NCBI GenBank assembly: GCA_047495785.1
Contig: JBLDXI010000054.1
Location: 2,418,001-2,482,000 of the forward strand
Reading direction: 5' to 3'
Source: Lepidodermella squamata
Lineage: Eukaryota; Animalia; Gastrotricha
DNA: 64,000 nt
Shown here: in pieces, positions 37,917-49,608 of the stretch
Layout of the letters: every line of letters begins with the position of its first letter
Numbering within the stretch: the stretch's first letter is position 1
Translations under genes and position numbers: made by a program
The notes under the pieces: model-generated
Seen by the model: only the letters and a program-made list of their open reading frames with translations
Database searches by the model: none
Told to the model about the DNA's origin: nothing

Positions 37917-37942
37917 AGTTCAACAATTTTTTTAATTTATAG

Positions 37943-39552
37943 ATGAAAATTCATATAACAAGATGGAACTTGAATTTCGCTGTAATCTACAACCTATTCG
38001 CGCTAATTTATGCCCAGTACGACGGTGACGTCGAACCTGAAGGATGCCGGGTGCCAATACGGCCTTACTCCGTTTTGACTGATAAAACTGCTAGGAGGGC
38101 TGTCCGGTCGGAGACTTATTTGCCATATGGCTCAATTCTAGTCATGGAATGTAGGGATGGATTCGCTCTTACCAACCCTGAACTCAACGAATTCGGATGC
38201 TTGGAAAATGGAGAATGGTCGCAACAACTTCCTAGATGCGCTAGGTCTCAACGTAAGAAAATTTAATATTGAAATAATTTTAAAGACTTTGGGTTTTAGC
38301 TGACTTCACAACCTGCGGTGTGAATTTGGTACCTAAAATCTACGGCGGATCTTTCGCACGCCCGGCCGAATTCCCATGGATGGCGAAGTTGGAAATAACG
38401 TATTCGAATTCTCAAGATGTGGCAATTTGTGGAGCCACCTTAATTGATAGATCATGGCTATTAACTGCCGCTCATTGCCTCACCGAGGGAAATGCGAATA
38501 TATTAGCAATCATAATTTATCTAGGACGAACTAATTTCACAGCGGATGAGCCGACAGAGGAGAGGAGATTCTCAAATACATTTATTATCCATCCTAATTT
38601 CAGCAAAATCGACAACTATGACAGCGACTTTGCTCTAATAAACATATCACCTCCAGTCAATTTACGTCAGCAAATTAGAACGATTTGCCTGCCGGACAAT
38701 CTATGCGATAGAAATCAATCAAGAACTGCCAATAGGATAGACGGATGCGTTGCAGTTCAATCAGCAGGATGGGGTGCCAACGAGAACGGAGAAGCGATAT
38801 CTAAATCGCTGAAAAAAGTCAATTTAACAATCACGCCACGACTGGAATGCGAGAGGGACGGAGGTTATACAACCGTGACGGATTCTCAAATGTGCGCAGG
38901 CCGCCAGGTTGCCAATCAGGACACTTGCGTTGGAGATTCTGGGGGTCCGTTGATGTGTCGACCTGGCGGCTCGGTTGGGCCTCACTACATAACCGGAGTG
39001 GTCTCTTATGGCGGTTCGTGTGGTTCCTCGTTAATTCCCGGTGTTTACTCAAGAGTTTGCTATGCATTAAGCTGGATTCGAGGCATAATGAATGGAACAA
39101 TCAGTATTACAACTACAACTACTACTCTACGAACATTGAGAACGAGATCTTTGGCAACTGCTATGAGTGTTACCCTTCCGATAACAAGGCCCAGGCGGAC
39201 AAGGCCTACTGTCAGCTCAAATGCTACAACCAATATTAGTAAGTCCATCGTAGAAACAGATACTTTGAATAAATGAATTGTGCTTACAGTGTTAGTCACT
39301 GCTGGGGACGTTTCGACCACCGTGGATTCAACTGTTGAGCCTAAGCCAGTAACAAATCCACCACAGCTAGTACCGAACGCTGATCAGAGCACGTTAGCAC
39401 CTACGAGAACAGACGGACTACCCCCTCCTCTTGATGCTAATCTAGGCCTAATTGTCGGAATGATTGTATTAGGCACTTTGTTAGTAGGCATTACTATATT
39501 TTTACTAGTTTACTTTTGCTCGCCGGATTGTGATGGCTTTTACATAAAATAA
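37943..39552 (+). CDS. Sushi + trypsin-like serine protease + mucin stalk + TM (P1); exons 37943-38252, 38300-39238, 39290-39552
   Basis: K|IYGG activation site, TAAHC, DFAL, DTCVGDSGGP, C-terminal TM ending CSPDCDGFYIK. Confidence 0.9.
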
Positions 39553-39763
39553 AGAATTGGCAATTTTGAAGAGTCTCTTAAAATCGCAAAAATATGATAT
39601 GAATTAGTTGATGGAAATTATTTGTTTATTACTACGAGTTAAACGCCCTCTGATAGATTAAACATGAATTTACTCAAAACTCATTAACTCAACTATAGAA
39701 GCTGAAGGAGAGATATGACAACGTGTTGTCAAGCCATTGAATAGTATTTAGCTACATGAAAAA

Positions 39764-40417
39764 ATGATTGCACGTTTACTCTTCATTACGTTGAGTTTTC
39801 TCCTGTTTTACCACGTCGACGAACTTGAATCAGCATACAGAGATCCATGTCCATGTTCAGGGTCGTTTGTTTGCAATGGTTACTGCCGATGCCCTGAGAA
39901 CTCGCCCTATTACAACGGCCAAAATTGCGTATCGAACATTCAAGGCCAGAACCAGTTACAAAATCTCTGTACTAATTGCATAGCTTTTGGTGATGCCTGT
40001 GTTACGAATTCAAGTTGCCGAGGTTCTTTGACCTGTTACGGAGGTTATTGCACATGTCCATCTTACAACATGATATACACCGGTTCCGATTCCTGTGCCA
40101 CCCCAACAGCCTTCTCAACGACCTGCTCAGCTTGCGTCGGCTACGGCTTAACTTGTACCGGGTCGACTCAATGTGCAGGAAATCTGATTTGTTCGTCAGG
40201 TACCTGTTCCTGCCCTTATGGTTACAGTTACAACGGGAGCGATACCTGCGTCGCGGTTAAAGGCTGCAATGGCTGTCGAACAGCCGGCCAAGTATGTGTG
40301 AACAACACCTACTGTGAAGTCGGTCTTTTATGCAGAAACTGGGTTTGTTCATCCGGTTTCAAATTTATGACTAATGGCCTGTTATTTTCCGCCCTTTCTT
40401 TTATTTCGATAGTATGA
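39764..40417 (+). CDS. Cys-rich surface protein A2 (paralog of A1)
   Basis: YRD.CPC...FVC.G.CRCPEN.PYY start and C.NNTYC.VGLLC.NWVCS end shared with A1. Confidence 0.85.
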   Translation: MIARLLFITLSFLLFYHVDELESAYRDPCPCSGSFVCNGYCRCPENSPYYNGQNCVSNIQGQNQLQNLCTNCIAFGDACVTNSSCRGSLTCYGGYCTCPSYNMIYTGSDSCATPTAFSTTCSACVGYGLTCTGSTQCAGNLICSSGTCSCPYGYSYNGSDTCVAVKGCNGCRTAGQVCVNNTYCEVGLLCRNWVCSSGFKFMTNGLLFSALSFISIV

Positions 40418-40448
40418 AATAAATTTTTTTAAATTTTAGAAACTTAAA

Positions 40449-41120
40449 ATGTTGACTTTTATTCTCATCGCTGCTCTGGGAATTGAATTAATCGAAGCTC
40501 AAGTCAGTTATACGCGAAATTATGGAGAAGTTTGTTATTCCTCGACTGATTGCGTTCGGTCTCTCACCTGTCAAGGATGGTGCAAGTGCAACTCTACGGT
40601 GCCTTTTTATCAGGGCAAAAATGTGTGTACTTCGGCCTCAACTTCTTGCTCATCCTGCGTCGCATTTACGGGGGCCTGCTCCGAAAATGCTAACTGTGCT
40701 GGTAGCCTGAAGTGCTATGCCGGCTATTGCTTGTGCCCTGTCGATCGACAGCTTTATCAAGGCAATAACTTCTGCTCAGATACAACTTGTTCTGGCTGCG
40801 TGGCCTACGGCGGGACTTGCGTCGCCTCCCAGTCGAACTGTGCTGGTAATCTTGTTTGTAACAATACCGTTTGTTCATGCCCATCGGGTCTCAAATTCAA
40901 CGGAACAAACACTTGCCTTGATGCTACTCAGCTGAAATGTTCGAACTGTGTCAAAGAAGGACAAACTTGCATTTATTCATCACAATGTATGGTTGGCAAC
41001 GTTTGTCGCAATTATGTATGCTCTCGGTCCTCCTTAATTTCTCGTAGTTTCACAGCTCTGATTATCTCAATAATATTTCTTAACGAAATTTATGTTGAAT
41101 CATTGTTTATTCTTATTTAG
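40449..41120 (+). CDS. Cys-rich surface protein B2 (paralog of B1)
   Basis: NYGE.CYS..DC start and NCVKEGQTCIYS.QC..G.VCRNYVC end shared with B1. Confidence 0.85.
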   Translation: MLTFILIAALGIELIEAQVSYTRNYGEVCYSSTDCVRSLTCQGWCKCNSTVPFYQGKNVCTSASTSCSSCVAFTGACSENANCAGSLKCYAGYCLCPVDRQLYQGNNFCSDTTCSGCVAYGGTCVASQSNCAGNLVCNNTVCSCPSGLKFNGTNTCLDATQLKCSNCVKEGQTCIYSSQCMVGNVCRNYVCSRSSLISRSFTALIISIIFLNEIYVESLFILI

Positions 41121-41121
41121 G

Positions 41122-42792
41122 ATGAGGTTAATAACCTTAGGAAGGTATTTATTAATTTTAATTGTTAGCCAAGTTTCATGTGAGGATGATGTCGATGACG
41201 ACGATGGTTCAAATTGCCGGGTTCCTGTTAGGCCTTACTCTGTGATAATTAGGAAAGATACCGGGAATCCCGTTCGACCCAACTCACTCTTGCCAGCCGG
41301 AAGTGTTATAACCATTCAATGCCGAGATGGCTATGCCCTCACAGAACAATCGAGTTACTCTGAAGTAACCTGTGGAACAGGAGGTGACTGGGATCTCGAA
41401 TTGGCGAGATGTGGAAGAATTGGGCGTGAGTAATTCAGAGTGTTCTCAACATTAATTTGAATTCATTTCTCATCAGCTGATTTCTCACCCTGTGGTGTCG
41501 GAATTATTTCGAAAATATACGGCGGAGTTTATGCTCAACCTGCTGAATTTCCTTGGATGGCCAAACTCGAGATAACATATGCCACTGCTTCGGAAATTGC
41601 GACGTGTGGCGCAACTTTGATAAATCAATCTTGGCTCTTAACAGCTGCTCATTGCTTAACGGAGCGAACCGGTGACATCTTGGCAATAATCATCTATCTA
41701 GGCAAAACTAATTTCTCATCTGAAATTGAAGTCGGCGAAGAGAGGAGGTTCACGAATTACTACATCATTCATCCGGATTATAATAAGCGGGATAACTATA
41801 ATTTCGACTTCGCCCTTATCAAGCTCACGCCTCCAGTTGTTTACAAGAGAACAATTCGAGCGATTTGCCTACCGGATAAACTTTGCGATGCGAATTCGTC
41901 GAGAACTACCACTCGAATCGACGGCTGCGTCGAGACGATCGCAACTGGTTGGGGTGCGACCGAGAGAGGGGAACAGCTATCGAAGGCCCTTAAAAAAGTC
42001 AATCTGACTATGACATCCCGTGTGAAATGTGAACGAGACGGTGGCTACGACGCGGTAACTGATGCTCAAATGTGCGCCGGTAGGGAGGTGGCTAACCAAG
42101 ACACTTGCGTCGGGGATTCAGGAGGACCGTTAATGTGTAGACCCGGTGGTTCTATTGGTCCTTATTATCAAACTGGTGTGATCTCTTACGGAGGATCCTG
42201 CGGTGTTGCGAACTATCCCGGAGTTTATGCAAGAGTTTGCAGAGTCTTAGACTGGATTAAAGCCATTATCAATGGAACTTCAATAGCTAGTTTGACCCAG
42301 ACAAACCGTACAAGGAATACAACGCCCGCTCAATTAAGTGAAACTACTGAGAGTTCCGATCAAGTTTGCACAGACGAGGGAGCTCCCCCAGTCGTGAACG
42401 GAGTTCTACTTCCCGGAGCCACTCGTAGAAAAGTTCAATGCAACCCTGGCTTCGGGGTCGTAGGGGCGGATACAGTCGAATGTCAGTTAAATGGAACTTG
42501 GACTGCACCTGGCAATTGTCGCAGGCGTCGAAGCACTACCCTGGAACCAGTCTCAACGACAACAGTTTCTCAGGTGGCTATAGTTCAAGTTACTAGCCAA
42601 AGCACAGTTTTGGTAAAGATCCAGCCTCCAACTATTACGATATCAGAAACGACCACACCGAAACCGCCGGATCCTGACAATCTAGGAATTATCGTTGGAA
42701 TGTCAGTTTTAGGTGTAATATTAGTTACTGTGACAATTTTTCTACTTGTATACTTCTGTTCACCAGATTGCGATGGTTTTTACATAAAATAA
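41122..42792 (+). CDS. Sushi + trypsin-like protease + sushi + TM (P2); exons 41122-41425, 41477-42792
   Basis: KIYGG, intact His/Asp/Ser triad, C-terminus CSPDCDGFYIK identical to P1. Confidence 0.9.
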
Positions 42793-43083
42793 TAAATTAC
42801 TCATCTTTATTACTTGCATTAGATCATGTGTCATCACGTTTTCCATAGTAAAACGCCATAATTTTGTAGTTAACGATGCAAAAAGTGACGGATCACGAAT
42901 TTATGCGGCGTTCGCTACTACTAGAGGCAATCTTGTAACTAAAGCGGATGCTTGACAATTAATGTTAATCTTAGTCATTTCCATCAAAACTCAGCCAGAT
43001 AATTATTCCACAAGATATTCTTGAACATTCAAATTTGGCCAAAATCTTCCATCTCTGGAACGGAAAGCTTTTCATTCTGAGAT

Positions 43084-44266
43084 ATGCGAGATTTTCTATT
43101 ATTTGGATATTTCTTTCTGCAAATGGTCTACTTAGCTTACAGCGAGGATGCAGTGACGACTTGCACAGTTCCGTCAAGACCGAATTCTGTATTGAAGCTG
43201 CGTAGAACCGGGAGGACAGTGCAGCCGGATACAAAACTTCCAGTCGATAGCATCATAGTAATTGAGTGCTTACCAGGATATGCTTTTACATCGCAATCTG
43301 CTTCGGAGACCAGATGTCAAGCGGATGGTGAATGGAGCGATGAACTGTCGAGATGTGGAAGAGCAGTAGGTAAGGCCTTAACTTGATTTAAATTCCTGCC
43401 GCATTTTCGCATATTGAAGCCAACTTTAGCGCCTGTGGAATCGGCCTGCAAGCAAAGATTATGGGTGGTCGCTATGCTGAACCCGGGGAGTTTCCATGGA
43501 TGGCTAGACTCGAGATTTCGTATTCAGGACTTTCCGAGCCTGCATATTGCGGCGCCTCACTTATCAGTCCAACTTGGGTCCTTACCGCAGCACATTGTTT
43601 GACGGAAAATAGCGGTGATATTGTGGCAGTAATAATCGAACTAGGCCGAACAAATTTATCTATCGATATTGGAACAGACCAAAACGTTCGCCGTGCATCG
43701 AGAACCTACATCATCCACCCGGAATACAACAGACAAAATAATTACAACTATGATGTAGCTCTGATCAAACTTGAGCCGCCTGTTGCACTGAAAAGCACGA
43801 TTCGCACTATATGCTTGCCAGATTCTTCAATATGTGACGCAACGTATTCGATGTCTAACACGCGCATCGACAGTTGTGTTGAAGTATCAGCCGCCGGCTG
43901 GGGCGTGACGGAAAAAGGCGAGCGCTCGTCAAACGCTTTGAAGAAAGTCAACTTGACCATGTCTTCAAGGGAAAATTGCGAAATTTTAGGAGGCTATGGT
44001 AGAATAACAGAAGCTCAAATGTGCGCTGGATCGGAAGTTGAAAAAGTTGATACATGCCCTGGTGACTCCGGCGGACCTTTGATGTGTAGACCTGGTGGGC
44101 CGCTCAGCCCTTATTACCTAACGGGAATAGTTTCCTCCGGTTCGTTATGTGGGCATGCGAATAGACCGGGAATCTATTCCAGAGTTTGTAAAGTGTTGGA
44201 TTGGATTAAGGGATACATCAATTCGGCATCTCTGACAACTTCATCAAGGCCATTGACATCCCCGCG

Positions 44267-44297
<31 letters not shown>

Positions 44298-44615
44298 GCA
44301 AGAAGTAGAACAACAACAACAACACCTCCGCCACCACCCACTCGGTCACCCTATCCGGACTATCCGGAATATCCGGCAGCTACAATAATATACGTTTCTC
44401 CCACTACTAGTTCTCCACCGTTCACCTCCACGTCTCCAACACCTCCACAGCAAACGCCAGGTCCGAAAGTTGGTTCTACGACAACACCACTGTCACCGGA
44501 ACATCTCGGACTAATTATCGGAGGAACAGTGGGCGCCGTCGTAATACTCGTTTTAATTATTGTTCTAACCTCGTGCTACTGTTCTCCTGGATGCCCAGCT
44601 TTCTATACGGTTTAA
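43084..44615 (+). CDS. Sushi + trypsin-like protease + Thr/Pro stalk + TM (P3); 2 exons
   Basis: KIMGG, TAAHC, YDVAL, DTCPGDSGGP; an (ACA)n run at ~44267-44323 encodes poly-Thr. Confidence 0.9.
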
Positions 44616-44957
44616 TAAAGAATGGCAACAAAAATTCGCGCATAATTTACAAAAAGATGCCGAAACCTCGAATTTTATCCAGCCCGAACTACGGAAATAT
44701 CCTGATCGCACGCCATAACAATCGTGGGTGTTGACGGAAAAAGCTCACAAGAGTGCGCAGGTGCATTAAAACTACCACGATGAAATCAAGCGCTAATCAA
44801 TAGTGCGGGTGAGGCGCTATTTGCAATTACTTGTTGTCAAGAGATCAAGCTAATCACAGTCTCACGCTGATGCGAAGTTTCTATCCGGCTACAGTAAATC
44901 TCTTCGTCTAGCGAAAACTAAGACGAACTATACGATGTGATTAATTCGCGAGGAATT

Positions 44958-47456
44958 ATGCTTCTGACTGCTCTGTTGGCAGTTCTATCCTGCTTTAAAG
45001 TACAATCTCAATTCACTACCCCTGCAGCTACCAATTTCACTACAATTTCCCCGAGAAAGCAACTGAGCAAATTGTCAGTTCTTGTTTTGCTCCCATTTAC
45101 TGGCAACGAGCCAAGAAATTACGAAGTCTGCCGAAATGTTATCGAGACTATTTTCGACGTCGTTAACCGTCGCTCAGATATTCTCCCGGACTATCAGGTC
45201 ATCCCAACGTTCAGAGATGAAAAATCGAATGGTAATGAGACTCCGAAGCTACTAATGGATTACGTCCAGTCAATTTTGGATAACGGATATTACAAATCGC
45301 CCCTAGTACTCGGACCTGTTTTCAGCACCGGTTGCGAGAAATCCGGCCAAATGTTGCACCATGTTGATATGGTCGCTGTTGCTGTAGGTTGCATTTCCCC
45401 TACTCTCACTGCTAGGCGGGATATTTACCCGAATTTGTATCGCATACGAATACCTAATCAACTGGCCTCTTACCCAAGACTGAAGTTTATTCTGGAGGTT
45501 GGCAAATGGCAGGAAATCGCGATTTTAACCACACCCTTATCTCGGGAATTTCTCACGTCACAAGACTTCATGTCCTTGAGTATGGATTACAACATTACTG
45601 TTGTTTGGTTTAATGCTGTCATGGAAATCGATCAAGCTACGTTAATCTCCCTTAAAAGCAGCGATGCCCGAATTATCGTGATCGATGGTGTGACATCGTT
45701 TTTCGTGCTCCGATTCTTGTGCATGGCTTATGACATCGGTATTACGGGGGCTAAATACGCTTTCATCGCGTCAACCTACGCCTACAACGATCCATCTTTT
45801 TTACCGAGAAGTATCGGGGCTGGTTGCAGTCGTAATGTAATCATCGAGCAAATGAAGATCACATTCTGGATAGGCGAAACTGTGATTGGATCTGTAAAAA
45901 CCAACCATAATTCGTCCCTTGGTTACACATCAGCTCAATTCGACGCGATGGTCGCAGCTAGGATGTCGAATAGGGAGGACATCTCAGAATCTGCCGAGCG
46001 ACAAACCTGTCATGATGCTGCTCTTTTAGGCCTATTAGGTCTAGAAAATGCAGAAAGAGCCCTAGCAAAGCAAAATTTAACCTTGAAAAATTACTCGACT
46101 AATCCATATGAAGTGATGAAAATCTTGAATTCAAGTGTTGCTCAAACTTCGTATATCGGCTTACGTCAAAGTACCGTCTCCAAATATTCGAAAAGGCTGG
46201 AGATGGATGACGAGCCGCAGGTGATTGCGCAATGGTCCGCCGCGAAGAAACTCGAAGATTTATTCATCGTAAGTCGAAAGTCGAACCGAAGTGTAGTAAG
46301 TTACGACGATTTCAAAATGGAAGCTGACAATCCGGTAATTTGGCTCGGATCCAATAATCAACCACCACGGGATAGGTCAATTCGTGTGATATCCTATGAA
46401 TTCTCTCCTAATAGCTACATCGGAGTTATAGCAACACTAGCAGGGACGATTTTCATCCTTCACTTGTTGACCCTTTGGCAATTAGTCACATATCGGAGAA
46501 ATATAGAGGCAGTGAGGAGGTTGTATAGGCCCATCATTGTTTTCGTAATAGGATGCATGTTCCTTGACGTCGCTTCCGCCATGCAGACGTTCGGCTTTGC
46601 AGATCTGCCCGAAGTAACTTGTTTCATTCGTGCAGCTCTAACTATGATCGGAATTTGCTTGGTTCATGGCTATTTGGTTTCGAGAATGGCGATATCTAAT
46701 TACAACGCTGTGCGGCGGCAAGTTATCAACCCTTTTCACAGCTCAAACAGGACCGCTCAATCATCCTTGGAATATCGAAACAGGATAGGATCAATATTGG
46801 TCCCGTCTCTGTATCCGCCGACCAGGGGTAGCATGGCTCGAATGATGAAAGCTGCTTCTTTTCGAAGAAATCTCATTAGGTTAACTCAAACCATCGCACC
46901 AATCGCCGAGGAGGAAATCACGATATTTCTGGCTGAGAAAATCATAATTCTAACCAGTGTAGCTCTTACTGCAAGTGCTTTCATTTTTGTAGCAACATGG
47001 TTCGGAATCGATACCCCTAGATACAAATATACTTCAACTGAGCCAATCTACAATCCACTAACAGATTCTTTCACGGAAAGCGTTTTCGGCCGGTGTCAGT
47101 CCGATACTATGCTTCAATGGGCTGTTATTTTAGCTGGGGTCAATGTTTTAGTCGCGTGTTTGGAGGCATACCTTTCTTACAGAGTGACAAACCTGTTGAT
47201 AGTCAACTTTCCTCTCGACATCAAGCCACATCGAACTGCGGTGATGAATGATTTCGTGCTATCGCTAGCTTTCAGTGTACTCTTAATAATCGATGGGACG
47301 GTAGTTCAGCAAATCGCTTTGGCAGTCGTGACATTACTATTATCGGCAACAACAAGTTTCACGTTACTATATCCGATTCTGAAGGTAAATGTTCGCCAAT
47401 CTCGGCGAAATTCGCTCTCGACTAGCAACGCAACAGATTTTTCCGTTCAGCGTTGA
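44958..47456 (+). CDS. Intronless divergent class C GPCR (GABA-B-receptor-like)
   Basis: Signal peptide, Venus-flytrap motifs (VN.RSDILPDY, LGPVFS.GC, SPTLT.R..YPNLYR), W....PP.D linker without a Cys-rich domain, about 7 hydrophobic segments. Confidence 0.8.
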   Translation: MLLTALLAVLSCFKVQSQFTTPAATNFTTISPRKQLSKLSVLVLLPFTGNEPRNYEVCRNVIETIFDVVNRRSDILPDYQVIPTFRDEKSNGNETPKLLMDYVQSILDNGYYKSPLVLGPVFSTGCEKSGQMLHHVDMVAVAVGCISPTLTARRDIYPNLYRIRIPNQLASYPRLKFILEVGKWQEIAILTTPLSREFLTSQDFMSLSMDYNITVVWFNAVMEIDQATLISLKSSDARIIVIDGVTSFFVLRFLCMAYDIGITGAKYAFIASTYAYNDPSFLPRSIGAGCSRNVIIEQMKITFWIGETVIGSVKTNHNSSLGYTSAQFDAMVAARMSNREDISESAERQTCHDAALLGLLGLENAERALAKQNLTLKNYSTNPYEVMKILNSSVAQTSYIGLRQSTVSKYSKRLEMDDEPQVIAQWSAAKKLEDLFIVSRKSNRSVVSYDDFKMEADNPVIWLGSNNQPPRDRSIRVISYEFSPNSYIGVIATLAGTIFILHLLTLWQLVTYRRNIEAVRRLYRPIIVFVIGCMFLDVASAMQTFGFADLPEVTCFIRAALTMIGICLVHGYLVSRMAISNYNAVRRQVINPFHSSNRTAQSSLEYRNRIGSILVPSLYPPTRGSMARMMKAASFRRNLIRLTQTIAPIAEEEITIFLAEKIIILTSVALTASAFIFVATWFGIDTPRYKYTSTEPIYNPLTDSFTESVFGRCQSDTMLQWAVILAGVNVLVACLEAYLSYRVTNLLIVNFPLDIKPHRTAVMNDFVLSLAFSVLLIIDGTVVQQIALAVVTLLLSATTSFTLLYPILKVNVRQSRRNSLSTSNATDFSVQR

Positions 47457-48235
47457 ATAACGTGGACTATACATTCGCCCTGGACCACAGCTATACGCTA
47501 TACTCGCTGTGGGAATAAAATGTTGAGAGTTTTTATTTTTTACAGGTCTGATGTCTTACAGATTCTGCTTCATCATTTTTTAAAGTACCGCTTTCATGGT
47601 GAAATTCTGACCGATCAAATTTCAGATCGACTTTTAACACAAATCAGAAAGTTACTTCTGGCAAAACAATAAATCGAACGGCTTCATTTTGTAATTAAAG
47701 ATTTGAGTGGAAAATCGTATGTCAATTTTTGCTCGAGAAGTCGAGGCCAGAGTTCCAGATTATCTCTTTGGAAGCATGTTGTTTGAATTTACGTGAAGAA
47801 AGCTGACTAATAAGTAGAGGAAACCCCGGATGACGTATTTTTTGCCCACGTTTCAAATGCAAACTTCAAATGCTTCAAGCTTTCAAAAATAAACGCGCCC
47901 ATAAACAAGTCGTGATACGTATAACATCAAGTATGAGTAGTTGTTTATACACACGAATATACGACAATGGTTGGTCATATATTAATGTTTCTACGTGAAT
48001 AATCTTAAAGCTTTACTTTGTTGAAAAGTGAACATGAAAAAAATAAATGCACTAATACGATCAAAGAAACGTAGCAACCTTAAGTGAAGGGTTTTTTCAT
48101 GAAAAAACTGACGTTGCCAAATGCTGTTATGTTGGTTGCATCAAACTTCTTTTTGATTAGCATAAAGAGAAACCTGAACGTTGACTACTAAGCAGTGGAT
48201 GCCTGCTACAACATTTATCACTACAACTATTAATT

Positions 48236-48937
48236 ATGGGCAAAACCACACCTAGCAACAATCGCGGGTCGTTGCCTAACTTAACAAAATCGTCAATGTA
48301 TCGACAACTCAATCCAGCGGAGCTGAAAGTTGGTAACGAGAAATCGTTGAATAAATCTGGCGAGAAAGCTATCAAGACAAAGTCTCAAGATGGGCCAAAC
48401 TCCAAAACAAAAGTGTTCCACACGTCCCAAAGTTCCCCTGGTGAATTTCGCAAGCCTGCAAAGTATCAAATGAAAATGGTATGCCGGTTGCCGCCTTTGA
48501 AGGAGGAAGACCCGCCTCATGTTGTAGCACGGCTTCGTCGAATCGCAATCGGTCTTTCAGCAACTTCCCTCTTTATAGGATTTCCGATTTTGTCTTGCCT
48601 CGCCTTTTACATCGCCGTCAAACGACCGCTGGTAACGCAGACTAAAACTGGCGAACCGGTTTCTTACAAACGCAGATTTTTAACAGCAATCACCCTCGCT
48701 TCTATAGCGATAGGCTTAGTACTTATAAGTGGCGTTATTATCGGACTGTCTCTTGGCATAGATCTAGACGATGATGATTACTTGCCTCCGGTACCTACGA
48801 CTCATCACGCAGCTCCAGCAGTGATTACAAGCCCTGTCGGACGAGATTCCAGACTAGTTCAACCGAACGGGTTGCACAATTTGCCCCGGGATGAATCACA
48901 GCTACAGCCGATACGTGGCGGGCGCGGCAATGGCTAA
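48236..48937 (+). CDS. Small two-TM membrane protein (CD225/dispanin-like topology)
   Basis: 233-aa ORF with two hydrophobic segments separated by a short basic loop; resembles its downstream neighbour. Confidence 0.6.
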   Translation: MGKTTPSNNRGSLPNLTKSSMYRQLNPAELKVGNEKSLNKSGEKAIKTKSQDGPNSKTKVFHTSQSSPGEFRKPAKYQMKMVCRLPPLKEEDPPHVVARLRRIAIGLSATSLFIGFPILSCLAFYIAVKRPLVTQTKTGEPVSYKRRFLTAITLASIAIGLVLISGVIIGLSLGIDLDDDDYLPPVPTTHHAAPAVITSPVGRDSRLVQPNGLHNLPRDESQLQPIRGGRGNG

Positions 48938-49608
48938 CAAATCATCGAGGAATCGCTCTTCAACTCCTGTGTCTCAATCTTTCTATCTCTCGTATTGTTC
49001 GCAAAATTTACTTCCTGATATTATACTGTTTAAAATCGATGATATTTCGGAAAAAAATAAAATAGAACAGATTTTCATTTTTATTTGAAAATTCTACCTT
49101 AAAAATCATTTTATGAGCTATAATTATTTACCCCGGCCATTGATCCATATTGCCAGGATATGACCATTGTTCGCGGTAATGAGCCCGAGTTAACAAAAGC
49201 GGAAATGGTATGCATAATTCATTACCGCAGCATTGTCATCGGTTTTAGGCGTGTATACCACTGTGTGTATGACATCACATCCGCCGCGAAGCCCTGACGA
49301 TGTGAGCAAACAGCGCGGCGCTTTTGTATTCACTGTCATTACGATCCAGCAATGGCGAATGCACTAGAGGCGTTGTGGGAGTGGTAGGGCTGGCTTTGCA
49401 CAGGTATACACACACATTCATGCAATTATTATTGCTGCGTTAATATTAATATCGTCTGTAATAATATAAAGTATTATGCTGACTGGATCGACAAAAACGC
49501 AGCGCTGGTAGTGTAGTTCATCCTATTTCAACAGTTCTATGTTCATCGCCATTCAATATTTACAAAACCTACTGCCAAGCATTTACTGGTGATAAAAGGC
49601 GTTCGAAA

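Noticed and set aside
37908-37942. Cis-intron fusing B1 to P1 in frame
   Set aside because: Weak donor, only 35 nt (local introns are ~45-55 nt), the equivalent B2-P2 junction would be out of frame, and P1 has its own signal peptide.
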